A stretch of 64,000 nucleotides of DNA. Origin: Squalus acanthias (Eukaryota). The notes under the pieces are model-generated. The model made no database searches, was not told the DNA's origin, and worked only from the letters and a program-made list of their open reading frames with translations. Positions 1 through 9,629 of this stretch are shown in pieces. The translations under genes were made by a program, and so were the position numbers. The stretch spans positions 123,320,001 through 123,384,000 of the forward strand of contig CM059431.1 of assembly GCA_030390025.1 (NCBI GenBank), written 5' to 3'. Each line of letters starts with the position of its first letter. Position 1 is the first letter of the stretch.

Positions 1-1519
1 GAAATGGAAATCTTTATTGCATAGCGTCCAAAATCATGAAGTACATGTCATAGGTGCAAATTAACGAGAGTACAAGTATACATACATTCATAAAGCTTGG
101 TCTATGGTAATGAAGAACGCACGGCACATCGTAAAAAGGGGAACACATTATACTTTATCCTTAATAAAACCACCCTCCCCTATCAATACCTACACTACAT
201 CTAGATTTGTAGGATAGGGAAACATGCTCACCACTCGTGATACTTCGGAGAATTTTAAAGTGAGGCACTCGGCTCGTTTCGCTGCAGCGCCTGACTGTCA
301 CGTGTTTGGAGGGGTCTCTGTACCCCACTTGTTTATCTTCGCTGCTGCGGCAAGCAGGCTGGGCTCCCCGTTGTCATGAAGAAACTCGACAGCACTCGGG
401 CCCGGCTGTAGAATTCAAAGAAAAGTCTTCCTGTACCGACACCAGTTGTCGGTAGAATTCAAAGAAGAGTCTTTAACCGGTTCGTGCAGTAACTTGTAGA
501 GTTCAAGAAATGGGTCGTATATTTTCGGGCGCGGGCGGGGTTTACTGACCGCGGCGGCACGTGGATTCTTCTTCTTCTCTTGTCATTTCGTCTTGTCTTG
601 TTGGGCCTTCGGGTCCAAACACCGTTTACCGACTCTTGGGATGGTGCACCCGGTCACTGGCCTTCGTCGAGGCGACTCGTTCCAATTGAGCCCCACCCAA
701 CATTCGAATAACCGTCCAGTGCGGCTAAAGTCCAGAGTCAACAGAGTCCAGAGAAAACACAGAAGGCTGCTCGTCCAGCAGAGCGATACCCGAGGATCGG
801 AATGGGAGAATAAAAGTTCAGCCCGAGTCAAGAGTCCGCAGAGATAAGAGAGTCAAGCGAATAAGAGAGCGATGGACATTTGTTCACTATAGTTATAGTA
901 CTGTGTTCCCTTATCTCCCGCCCAAATCTTAATGTTTGTCCTTTGTGAAATATTGGCGCTCAAAACTCCCAGCATGGGGTGATTCTTGTCTTTAACGGGT
1001 TTCGGTAGCACCTGAGACTGGCCAACTACCCGTTAATGTTTTCCCCATTGTTGGCCCAGCCAGGATCGTATGAATCGTCTCCCTGACTGGTTTTGGGGGC
1101 CCCCGAATACTTGTTTAATCACCCGAGAATGGCTCTCTCATTGTAGAGCCGTGGGGGTATTTGTATTTTGATGTGTCTGGATGGGCCTTCGATTGCCCAG
1201 TACAATGGTCCTTACTTGTGCATGGAAAACGATTCCAGCACTCATATCTTTTGCTATTGTCACAAATGCAAACAGGTTGCATCCTGTCTTTATCAGTGCT
1301 TATCGAGTATGATCCCGTCTTATTTTTAAAAATGTTTATTCGAACGCCATCTTGTCTGCCCACTGTACTTCTGGAAGCTTCTGCCACGATGCTCGGCGGC
1401 CATTTTTTTACAGGCTTCTGTGTCCTTTATATCATGACAGCATTTTGTTTAAATAAACTGATCAAACGAATCTGCTTCTATCTTGTTATTTCGAATCGCG
1501 ATAATTGCGAAACTTTACA
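1..1519 (-). mobile_element. Long LTR (solo or 5' LTR), runs off the left edge; same family as 62257-64000
   Basis: The minus strand begins TGTAAAGTTTCGCAATTATCGCG at 1519, identical to the + strand start at 62257. The two copies are colinear as reverse complements out to position 45 vs 64000. AATAAA lies on the minus strand at ~13-18 and a TATA-like CTATAACTATAG at ~887-898. No coding content. Confidence 0.75.
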
Positions 1520-1916
1520 TATTGTTCTAATTGGTGAGTCACAACTCCTAATACCTGAGAGTGTCGATTCTTACTTAGAGATGTAGGTAAGTAAAGTACC
1601 TGAGAAAACAGTGAGAAAATCCTGTTTGGTAATTACTATAAGCTACTGGAGTATCCTATGTCTCTTGTGGACTATTTTGTTCAGTCTTCAAAAGTGGAGG
1701 AGAAGCACAACAGACTTGTTTCTTAACTTAATATATCGAGTGAGTTTATTAAACAGCAAACTAATTAACAATCTATAGTGATATCATACAGTCATGTTTA
1801 CAGTAGTCAATATTTTATCTAACTACTTGAGTAGACAAAATAATAAGTCATAATCTGATACTAAGCCTTCTAATAAATGTAGTCCTTTTTATTTTTACAA
1901 TCTTTTTTAAATTCAG

Positions 1917-2109
1917 GAGTTAGCTGATCTACCTCATCAACTCATCAAACAGATCCAGCCAATTAAATACTGGCTGCCATGGTGTGTTTCTATTTTTCAT
2001 AATTAACAGATTCAAAATAATTAGCTGTCATGCATTTAACAGAGCAGATCATACTATCTGTGTATGCTCAAATTTAGATTGTTTTTTTTCCCGCAGGCCT
2101 ACATTTTGA
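1917..2109 (+). other. Possible terminal exons of an unidentified gene (1917-1981, 2097-2109: ELADLPHQLIKQIQPIKYWLPWPTF*)
   Basis: Polypyrimidine-rich acceptors (tttttaaattcag, tttttttcccgcag), a GT donor at 1982, and an in-frame join ending at TGA 2107-2109. The protein is not recognised. Confidence 0.2.
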
Positions 2110-2938
2110 AAAGCAATTTGAACTGACATTGCAATATAAGTATCAAAATAAGCTTGATACAGAGATCTGAACTGCATTTACATTTACTAAATTGCTTACG
2201 TAGAGTGACTGGATTAAAAAAAAGCCATTAACTGAAACTGGAGAAAAATACGTAATTGTTCCTACTTTCTTGATTAGCATCAGTGTTCAGTGGTTAGAGG
2301 AGAAAATTGGCCAGGGTTCAGGATCTTGAGTACTATCCAGTTATGCCTGCTGGGAATGCAAATATGTAGATGCCAGGTGGGGACAGGATTGAAGCTGTCT
2401 GTGATAGCCTCTTTAGTTAAATAATCTATTGACACAGAGGCCTGGATTTTGCCTTGCAAAATCATATATTTCTGGGTGGTTTTGCATTGTTAAGAAGAAG
2501 GAAATCAGGCAGTGTAGCTTACTGCTGCTATCACATCCCAAATAAAGGCCACCGACATTTTGGTCAGAAAACACCATGGGGTAGAAATTAGGTCGCGCCC
2601 CATTTGGGGCGCAAATATCGTCTGGACGCAAATATTAGCGCCTGGCGCTAATTATCGGCACTGACAGGAAACTTCACTTTTACCACCCCGGGACGTGAGT
2701 GGAGCGCTAAAGCAGGCGCTGCACACCTGTCTTAAGGCGCAAAGGCCAAGGAGTGAGGCGCTAACTCAGCGCGCGAGCGCAGCGCAGCTGCTGCCAGTTA
2801 GCGAGGGAACACAGACACACTGGCGCCGGACACTTCTTAAAGCGGGGGGGGGGGGCACTTGCTCCCCAGCCACACCCTGCTCATTGCAGCCTTGAATCTC
2901 AGCCTGGAGAGACCTGTGAATCCATTTTGCTGCCAAGC

Positions 2939-4814
2939 ATGGAGAGGGTGAGAGAACGCGCTCATCGCTTCACCGAGCGGGCCTTGGATGCTCTGGTTGG
3001 CGCAGTGGAGCGCAAACGATGTATGCTGTTGCCTGAGAGTGGCAGGAGGCCTTTGCCACGCGAGTTCAGAAGAGTATGGAGGGAGGTGGCTCAGAGCGTC
3101 TCCTCCAGGAGCATGGTGCCCAGGACCCATACTCAATGCCGCAAAAAGTTCAACGACCTCACTCGGGTCGTCAGGGTGAGTGGCTTTTTCTCAATACCTC
3201 TCCATCCCTCCATCTCAACCTCACTCTATGGCCAGAGGGTCTTAAAACCCCAATGCACAACACTCATCCAACACCTATGGCCCTTTCATCAAACACACAC
3301 ACACATTCCACACTTTGCATACAGTAAGGGCTATTCACCTATGGGAGGCACATCAGGCAAGACCATGGCTGTATACAGTAAGGGCTATTCACCTATGGGA
3401 GGCACATCAGGCAAGACCATGGCTGTATATTGTAAGGGCTATTCACCTATGGGAGGCAAATCAGGCAAGACCATGGCTGTATATTTACTCAGATGCTGTC
3501 CTTTTTCTTGCAGGCTAAGCTGGTTCATAATAGGAGACAGCAGCAACGGACAGGTGGAGGGCGGCCTCAGCTGCAACCCCTCAGCGATCTGGAGGAGCGC
3601 GTCCACAGGATTGTGGCAAGCCGGGTGATCGGTCCCGTCGCCACTGGAGACGCCGACCCGTTCTGGACAGCAATGGTAAGGTCATCACCTTTTTGTCCTC
3701 TGTCCTTCCACTTGTCCCTCACAACACCAGCCTTTGACACTTTCAATCCAACTTGCTAACTCGCTGCACTTATTCCTCCCTTACTGCCACCCTGTCCTCA
3801 CGCTAAAGCCACTCTTGTACCTCCCTGCTTTCAGATGGTGATTCACCAGCTGAGGAGACGGGCCCTCAAGCTGCCACTGGGAGTGATGCTGCAGCTGAGG
3901 AGGAAGAGGAAGCCAGAGTATCAGTGCCACCCTCTCCCGAGGAAGCCCATGCCCACACTGGGAACACGCCTTCCCCGGAGGGGAGCAGGGGGGAAGGGGC
4001 TGATGAGGGTGAAGCTCCAGGACCCAGCGGGCTGCAGCAACGCCATGGGGGGGGTAGGGAAGAACGGGGGCCTTCTCCCCAGAGGGAGAGTATGCCAGAC
4101 ACTCCTACTGCAATGGACGCAGAGGAGGAGCGGCTGATTGCAGAAATGAACACCCAGGCGGTGGGCATGCACACTGAGCTCATGGGTGCAGTGGGAAGGG
4201 TGCCCAAATGCATTGAGTCACTGGCAAGGAGTGTGGAGCACTTCGCTGTAGCACAGGCGGATGCCACACTAATGCTTAGTGCTGCAATTCAGTCACTGGC
4301 TGCCGTGATCTCATCTCTGACTGCTCTCATACAGACTCAGATTGAGGCCACGCGAGCACAGACTGCTGCCAACCTCGATGGTTCGTGCACATGTCCCCGG
4401 GGCTGTCACCGCGCCGCAGCAGGCCAGCAATCTGTTCTCCGGCAGATTGCTCCGGATGCTGAAGTGCTGCCCCGTGGGAGTGCCAGTGTGTCGGGCGAGC
4501 AGGGAGTTGCTGTCCTCTCTCACGATGACAGCATTCCTGCTGCCAACACTGTCACTTCTCCACTGCACTTGCCACCGCCTGTAGGACAGACTGCTGCCGC
4601 CCATGCAGAGTTGGTGCAGTCTGCAGCCGGGCCCTCCAGGCCCAGAAGTGGTCGAGGCCGTCCTTCAGGGGCATCTGCAGTGTCAGGGTCTGACGAGCAG
4701 CAGCCTTCCACCAGCCTTGCTGCAGCCACTGAGGTCCCATTACGGAGGAGCAGTCGGGTTAGAAGGGGGGAAGTGCGCAAGGGAAGGAGATCACCCTCGA
4801 AGGGCAAAAAGTAG
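2939..4814 (+). pseudogene. Harbinger Myb/SANT-like DNA-binding protein, 3 exons (2939-3175, 3514-3675, 3835-4814), 1-nt frameshift near 3658
   Basis: Exon 1 reads MERVRERAHRFTERALDALV...VWREVAQSV...RTHTQCRKKFNDLTRVVR (trihelix/Myb_DNA-bind type), with donor GTGAGT at 3176 and acceptor TTGCAG at 3513. Exon 2 reads AKLVHNRRQQQRTGGG, with donor GTAAG at 3676 and acceptor TTTCAG at 3834. The long exon 3 frame (ORF 3924-4814) needs phase 1 but exon 2 ends in phase 0. Confidence 0.85.
3320..3481. repeat. 54-bp tandem repeat x3 in intron 1 of the Myb-like gene
   Basis: TACAGTAAGGGCTATTCACCTATGGGAGGCACATCAGGCAAGACCATGGCTGTA at ~3320, 3374 and 3428. Confidence 0.95.
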
Positions 4815-5106
4815 GAGGTGTGACAAAATGCTGGTCATTTTTTTATTAAAGGCCGAGGTTCATGGTCCAACTTTTGTTTAGTGTTTTGGACATTATCTCC
4901 AGGTTGTGAGAACCAGTTATGTTATTGACTGTTTTTTTGTGTTTATTTCTATGAGTTTGTCATGAGGAATTGACACACAGAGTTTGTAAAATAAATAAGT
5001 TTCTGTATTCAAAATATACATGGCTGGTGGTTGGAATTATTGGTGCCTTGGCCGGCTTAGGGGTTGCGTGCTGGGTTGATTAATGTTGGTAGCAATGGCA
5101 GGGTCC

Positions 5107-6266
5107 CTAGAAGTGGCTTGCTATTAGCCGTTGACGGACGGCCCTTGCAGTTTGACCATTGTGGGCCGCCCTCCCGCCTTGGTGCTGCTGATGATCATCA
5201 TCCTCGTTCTCTTCCTCCTCTTCCTCCTCCTCCTCTGGTGGTGCTACAAGGCCTGGTGGCATTGGCTGGGTCCTGAGGATTGCCATGTTGTGCAACATGC
5301 AGCACACGACTACGAAGTTCGATACTTGCTCAGGCGAGTACTGCAGGGCTCCTCCGGAATGGTCCAGACAGCGGAACCGTTGTTTCAGCACGCCGATTGT
5401 GCGCTCAATAATGTTCCTGGTTGCTTGATGGCTTTCATTGTACCACAGCTCAGCAGGGGTGTTTGGCGTACGGAGCGGTGTCATCAGCCAGGTGCTCAAT
5501 GCGTACCCCTTGTCCCCGAGAAGCCAACCAACTGGCTGATGCGGTGCCTCGAAAACTTCTGCCACAGTAGTCTGGCGCAGGATAAAAGCATCGTGGCAGC
5601 TGCCAGGATAGTGGGCATTGACAGCGAGTATCACCTGTCTGTGGTCACAGACCAACTGGACATTCAAGGAATGGAACCCCTTTCTGTTCCTGAATTCCTC
5701 TGCATTCTCACGCGGAGCACGCAAAGCCACATGCGTGCAGTCAATGGCGCCCTGCACCATGGGGAAGCCCGCTACCCTCGCAAAGCCCAGAGCGCGGTCA
5801 CGCTGCTTGTCTGGGGTCATAGGGAAAGAGATGAACTCTCGTCTCCTTCTGAAGAGGGCATTGGTGACCTGCCGGATGCAGCGATGCACCGCGAACTGGG
5901 AGATATTGGCGAGGTCCCCAACAGCAGCTTGGAATGAGCCAGTGGCGTAGAAGTTCAAAGCCACGTGACCTTCACTGCCACTGACAGAGACGTCCTGGAC
6001 CTCAGCTGAGGCTGCAGATCTGGCTGCAGCAGGTGGCAGAGCTCAGTGACCACCTCCTTGCTGAATCGCAGCCTTCGCAAACACAGCTCCTCGGACATAT
6101 GGATGTAGGAGAGCTGTTCACGATATACCCTGGGAGGGTAAGCTCTCCTGTACATGCGCCTGATAGCCCTCCTCCGTCTGGCCATCATTGCCACTCTCTC
6201 TCTGCGTCTCTGTATCCTCCGATTCAGCTGGAGCAGGACGACGCCCCCAATCAGTGCAGCCCCCAT
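5107..6266 (-). pseudogene. PIF/Harbinger (HARBI1-like, DDE_Tnp_4) transposase, 1-nt frameshift at ~5965
   Basis: Motifs GAIDCTHV, FRNRKGFHSLNVQLVCD, PGSCHDAFIL, LLGDKGY and RNIIERTIGVLKQRFRCL. The N-terminus MGAALIGG...CLRRLRFSKEVV...LSVAVKVT is in the adjacent frame. The junction GTC AC- GTG GCT TTG AAC lacks one base. Confidence 0.93.
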
Positions 6267-6369
6267 ATTCTCTTTGCCAGAAAAGTAATGAGGGACAGCA
6301 ACTAAAGTAGCAACAAAGTTAGGATGAATAGGCAAAACTACCTCACAAAGCGTTGAGTCAATGTAGAAG

Positions 6370-6407
6370 TCTCTCTCTCTCTCTCTCCGAATCTCTCTCT
6401 CTCTCTC
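6370..6407. repeat. (CT)n microsatellite
   Basis: Two (ct)n runs interrupted by ccgaat. Confidence 0.9.
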
Positions 6408-6463
6408 AGAACGAGTGGTGCATAAATGTCGACCACAGAAAAAGACAGGAAGAGGCCCCCTTT

Positions 6464-6895
6464 AAACATAGAAACATTGAATCTAGGAGCAGGAGTAGGC
6501 CATTCGGCCCGTCGAGCCTGCTCCACCATTCAATACGATCATGGCTGATCATCCAAATCCAGTACCCTGTCCCTGCTTTAATCCCCACAGTACACATATC
6601 CCACCCTACCCCCGTAACCCCACGTATTTAATTCCCCCTAACATATCCCATCCTATCCTCATAAATACACATATTTAATCCCCCCCTAACACTAAGGGTC
6701 AATTTATCATAGCCAAATCAACCTAACCCGCACATTTTTGGACTGTGGGAGGAAACCGGAGCACCCGGAGGAAACCCACGCAGAAACGGGGAGAATGTGC
6801 AAACTCCACACAGACAGTCACCCGAGGTCAGATTCGAACCCGGGTCCCTGGCGCTGTGAGGCACCAGTGCTAACCACTATGCCACCGTGTTGCCC
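6464..6895 (-). mobile_element. HE1-type V-SINE inserted inside the Harbinger element
   Basis: tRNA-like head on the minus strand (GGTGGCATAGTGGTTAGC...GGTTCGAATC), V-domain (ggaaaccggagcacccggaggaaacccacgcag), and a CR1/HER1 3' tail (ggagcaggagtaggccattcggccc) shared with the CR1 copies at 19466 and 37743. Confidence 0.88.
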
Positions 6896-8099
6896 ATTAA
6901 ATAGCGCCCCCCCCAGCCCCACAGCGATTGATAGCGTTCCAGTCTTCCGGTCGTTGGAAGCGCCAGGCGGTAAGGCAGGGGGCGCCACTCAATTTCCGCT
7001 CCGGGGCGCCCCAAGGGCGTTGCACCATGGAATGATGTCATAATCTGCGCGCGCAGGTGGTCGCAGCGGTAAGTTTTAGCGCCGCCGTACAATCTCAAGT
7101 TAAGTTCTCGAGCGGCGCAAACATCGCTGCGCCCGGGCGTTAGCGGCTTTGCGCCCCATTAGCGCCCTCTTAAGGCGCTAACGGGAGGCGCAACCAAGTG
7201 AATTTTTACCCCCATCAGTCCCCATTACCATCATGCTTTGAGCCTGCCCTGCCACATGTAAATAAGGATGTGCGGACATCTCCCAATTAATGCAGCTAAC
7301 CTGAGAATGGGAAACAATGCGCTTATATAAGTGGCAGTATGAGCAACAAAATGGCATCCCTGAGGCAGATATCGTACAGTGAAGGCCATTGTTTGAGAAC
7401 TTACAGAACCAAAGATGTTTGTTTCTTTGGGTTCTGTAGCTTGACTGAAGAGTTATCCATCCATTTAAAGTGAACACCAGGCAAAGTTAAATTATGGAGT
7501 GGGGAAATGGACTTCTGTAGAGTAATCCCTCACACCCTATATTATGAAGAACATAGATTGAGGCATCAGAGAAGACATTTGTTCCTAACATGTTGATAAC
7601 CACTGCGTAGAGTTTATAGATTTCTTCCTGGAGGCAATTATGCACGCTGCTGGCTGAAGAGCTGTAGCCCATGTCAACAATACAGCATTATCTGTAGCAA
7701 TGAAAGTTGGCAACACATTGAAATTTTGGGGCACTGGTTCTTTCCATGCAGCTTCAGATGACCTTTGTCATATTTCAGGCACCATCTCACCACTGTATGA
7801 AGATGACCAATGATGCTCTATTCAAGTGGGCTTCTGTTTATTAGTTTTCAATGGAACCTGTAAAACAAAGCGAGTAAGCAGTCCAATTTTCTAGATTAGG
7901 TGCAGAAAACATTTGACCGTACACATGTAACCTTGAAAATCTGCTATGACAATTCATCTGAAATTTAATTAAGAGAAAGGGATTTCATTCCATTAATGTC
8001 CAGCAAGTGTGTGGTGTCAATCACCTTTTTCTACATGTTAAGCTGTCATGATGAATTTATCTTGTGTTAGTCCGTCCACCACACCAGCCCTGATGAGTA

Positions 8100-8400
8100 A
8101 AAAACATGTATCAGGATGGTTAATTGGCTGCCCCCTTCTCACATGCCTAATGACTTCAGTACAGCATCTTCAGACAGATTGGGAGCAACAGATATAATGA
8201 GGCCCATGGGACTACAAAAAGTATGATGTAGCAGACCATTGGAATTCTGAAGTCTTGTTTTAGGTGCCTGGACAAAGCAAGCAGAGCCCTGCAGTACAGT
8301 CCAGCAAGAGTGTCCAGAGTTATATTGTTGCTATGCAGAGAGGCTTGCTACCTCTGTAAGCAGAAGAGGACGAAGATGAGGAAGAAGAGGAGTGCCCTCC
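8100..8400 (+). pseudogene. Degenerate Harbinger transposase C-terminal remnant
   Basis: Translates with stops as ..YNEAHGTTKSMM*QTIGILKSCFRCLDKASRALQYSPARVSRVI.., homologous to YNESHQATRNIIERTIGVLKQRFRCLDHSGGALQYSPEQV of the 5107 ORF. Confidence 0.75.
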
Positions 8401-8852
8401 ATCTCTATATTTTGAAGAGTTTGCACAGGAGGGGGTTGAGCTGAACCAGAGAAAGGAAGCATCAATTTATCGATGGCTGTTTTTAGTAAATAAAACCTGA
8501 GAATAGTAATAAAAATCCTTCCCTCATGGCTGCTTTGTCTCATCCTCCCAACTGCTTCTTTAAGATCAACATTTTCAAAAGTAGCTGAACCTTACCTCAA
8601 TAATACAAAATGCAAAATCTTATAGTTGATCAACTCAGTCCACTCAGGGGCATGCATCCAGAAACATGCACTATGAAGACTATGTGATCAAACAATTTTT
8701 ACATTCTTTAACAACCTCTTCTAATGGAATCCAACAATTTTAAACACTGTAAATACAATTGCATCTTATCACGGTGCCTACCTCTTGTGCCAACTAACTT
8801 ACATGCTCAAGCTCCTATTCTGCTACTGCGAAGCCCTCCCTGAATGTTACAA

Positions 8853-9629
8853 TGATGTGGAGATGCCGGTGTTGGACTGGGGTGGACAAATGTGAGAAGT
8901 CGCACAACAGCAGGTTATAGTCCAACAGCTTTATTTGAAATCACAAGCTTTCGGAGCGCTGCTCCTTCGTCAGGTGAAGTGAAGAGATGTATATAGGCAC
9001 AGCATATATAGTCAGAGAACACAGCCAGATGATTACAGTTAATCTTTCCAACTGCCCTTTATCACACCTCGGCAGAGAGATAATCACGGCAGTCAAAGAT
9101 GTGGATGGTGTCCAAACAGGTCAGTCAGGAAAACATTACATCAAAGACAATGTGGCAGATGCTGGGGTCTGTATGGAAAACAAAAAACTTTTTTTGCTGG
9201 AAATCACAACAGGTCCGGCCGCATCTGTGTAGAGAGAACAAGCCAACGACGACTCGAGTCTGGATGACTCTACGTCAGGTGGGGTTACATGTAGCGTGAC
9301 ATGAACCCAAGATCCCGGTTGAGGCCGTCCTCATGGGTGCGGAACTTGGCTATCAGTTTCTGCTCGACGATTTTGCGTTGTCGTGTGTCTCGAAGGCCGC
9401 CTTGGAGAACGCTTACCCGAAGATTGGAGGCTGAATGTCCTTGACTGCTGAAGTGTTCCCCGACTGGGAGGGAACACTCCTGCCTGGCGATTGTTGCGCG
9501 GTGTCTGTTCATACGTTGTCGCAGTGTCTGCATGGTCTCGCCGATGTACCATGCTCCGGGGCATCCTTTCCTGCAACGTATGAGGTAGACAACGTTGGCC
9601 GAGTCACATGAGTACGTACCATGTACCTG
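8853..9629 (-). mobile_element. 5'-truncated Penelope-like element (GIY-YIG C-terminus + pseudo-LTR)
   Basis: ORF 9285-9680(-) reads NVVYLIRC..WYIGET..LRQRMNRH..VGEHF..EQKLIAKFRTHEDGLNRD, a PLE GIY-YIG domain. Flanking duplication GTTACAA at 8846-8852 and 9630-9636. Confidence 0.88.
8941..8977 (-). ncRNA. Minimal type I hammerhead ribozyme motif (Penelope pLTR)
   Basis: Minus strand TCAC-CTGACGA-A-GGAGC-AGC-GCTCC-GAAA-GC-TT-GTGA gives the CUGANGA/GAAA core, helix II GGAGC/GCTCC, helix I TCAC/GTGA and a palindromic AGCT in place of helix III. Confidence 0.75.

Larger units (their letters stand above)
2578..7212. mobile_element. Full-length PIF/Harbinger DNA transposon (autonomous two-gene layout, frameshifted)
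   Basis: TIRs GGGGTAGAAATT (2578) and AATTTTTACCCC (7201-7212), one mismatch. 3-bp TSD CAT at 2575-2577 and 7213-7215. Convergent Myb/SANT and DDE transposase genes. CpG-rich subtermini. Confidence 0.95.

Noticed and set aside
3320..3481. CRISPR-like repeat
   Set aside because: Head-to-tail units without unique spacers, in a eukaryotic intron.
5131..5937. 268-aa + strand ORF
   Set aside because: Antisense shadow of the transposase with no recognisable motif.
5107..6266. Domesticated host HARBI1 gene
   Set aside because: It lies within TIRs and a TSD next to its Myb partner and is frameshifted, so it is a transposon copy.
6820..6895. tRNA gene
   Set aside because: tRNA-derived head of a SINE, contiguous with the V-domain and LINE tail.
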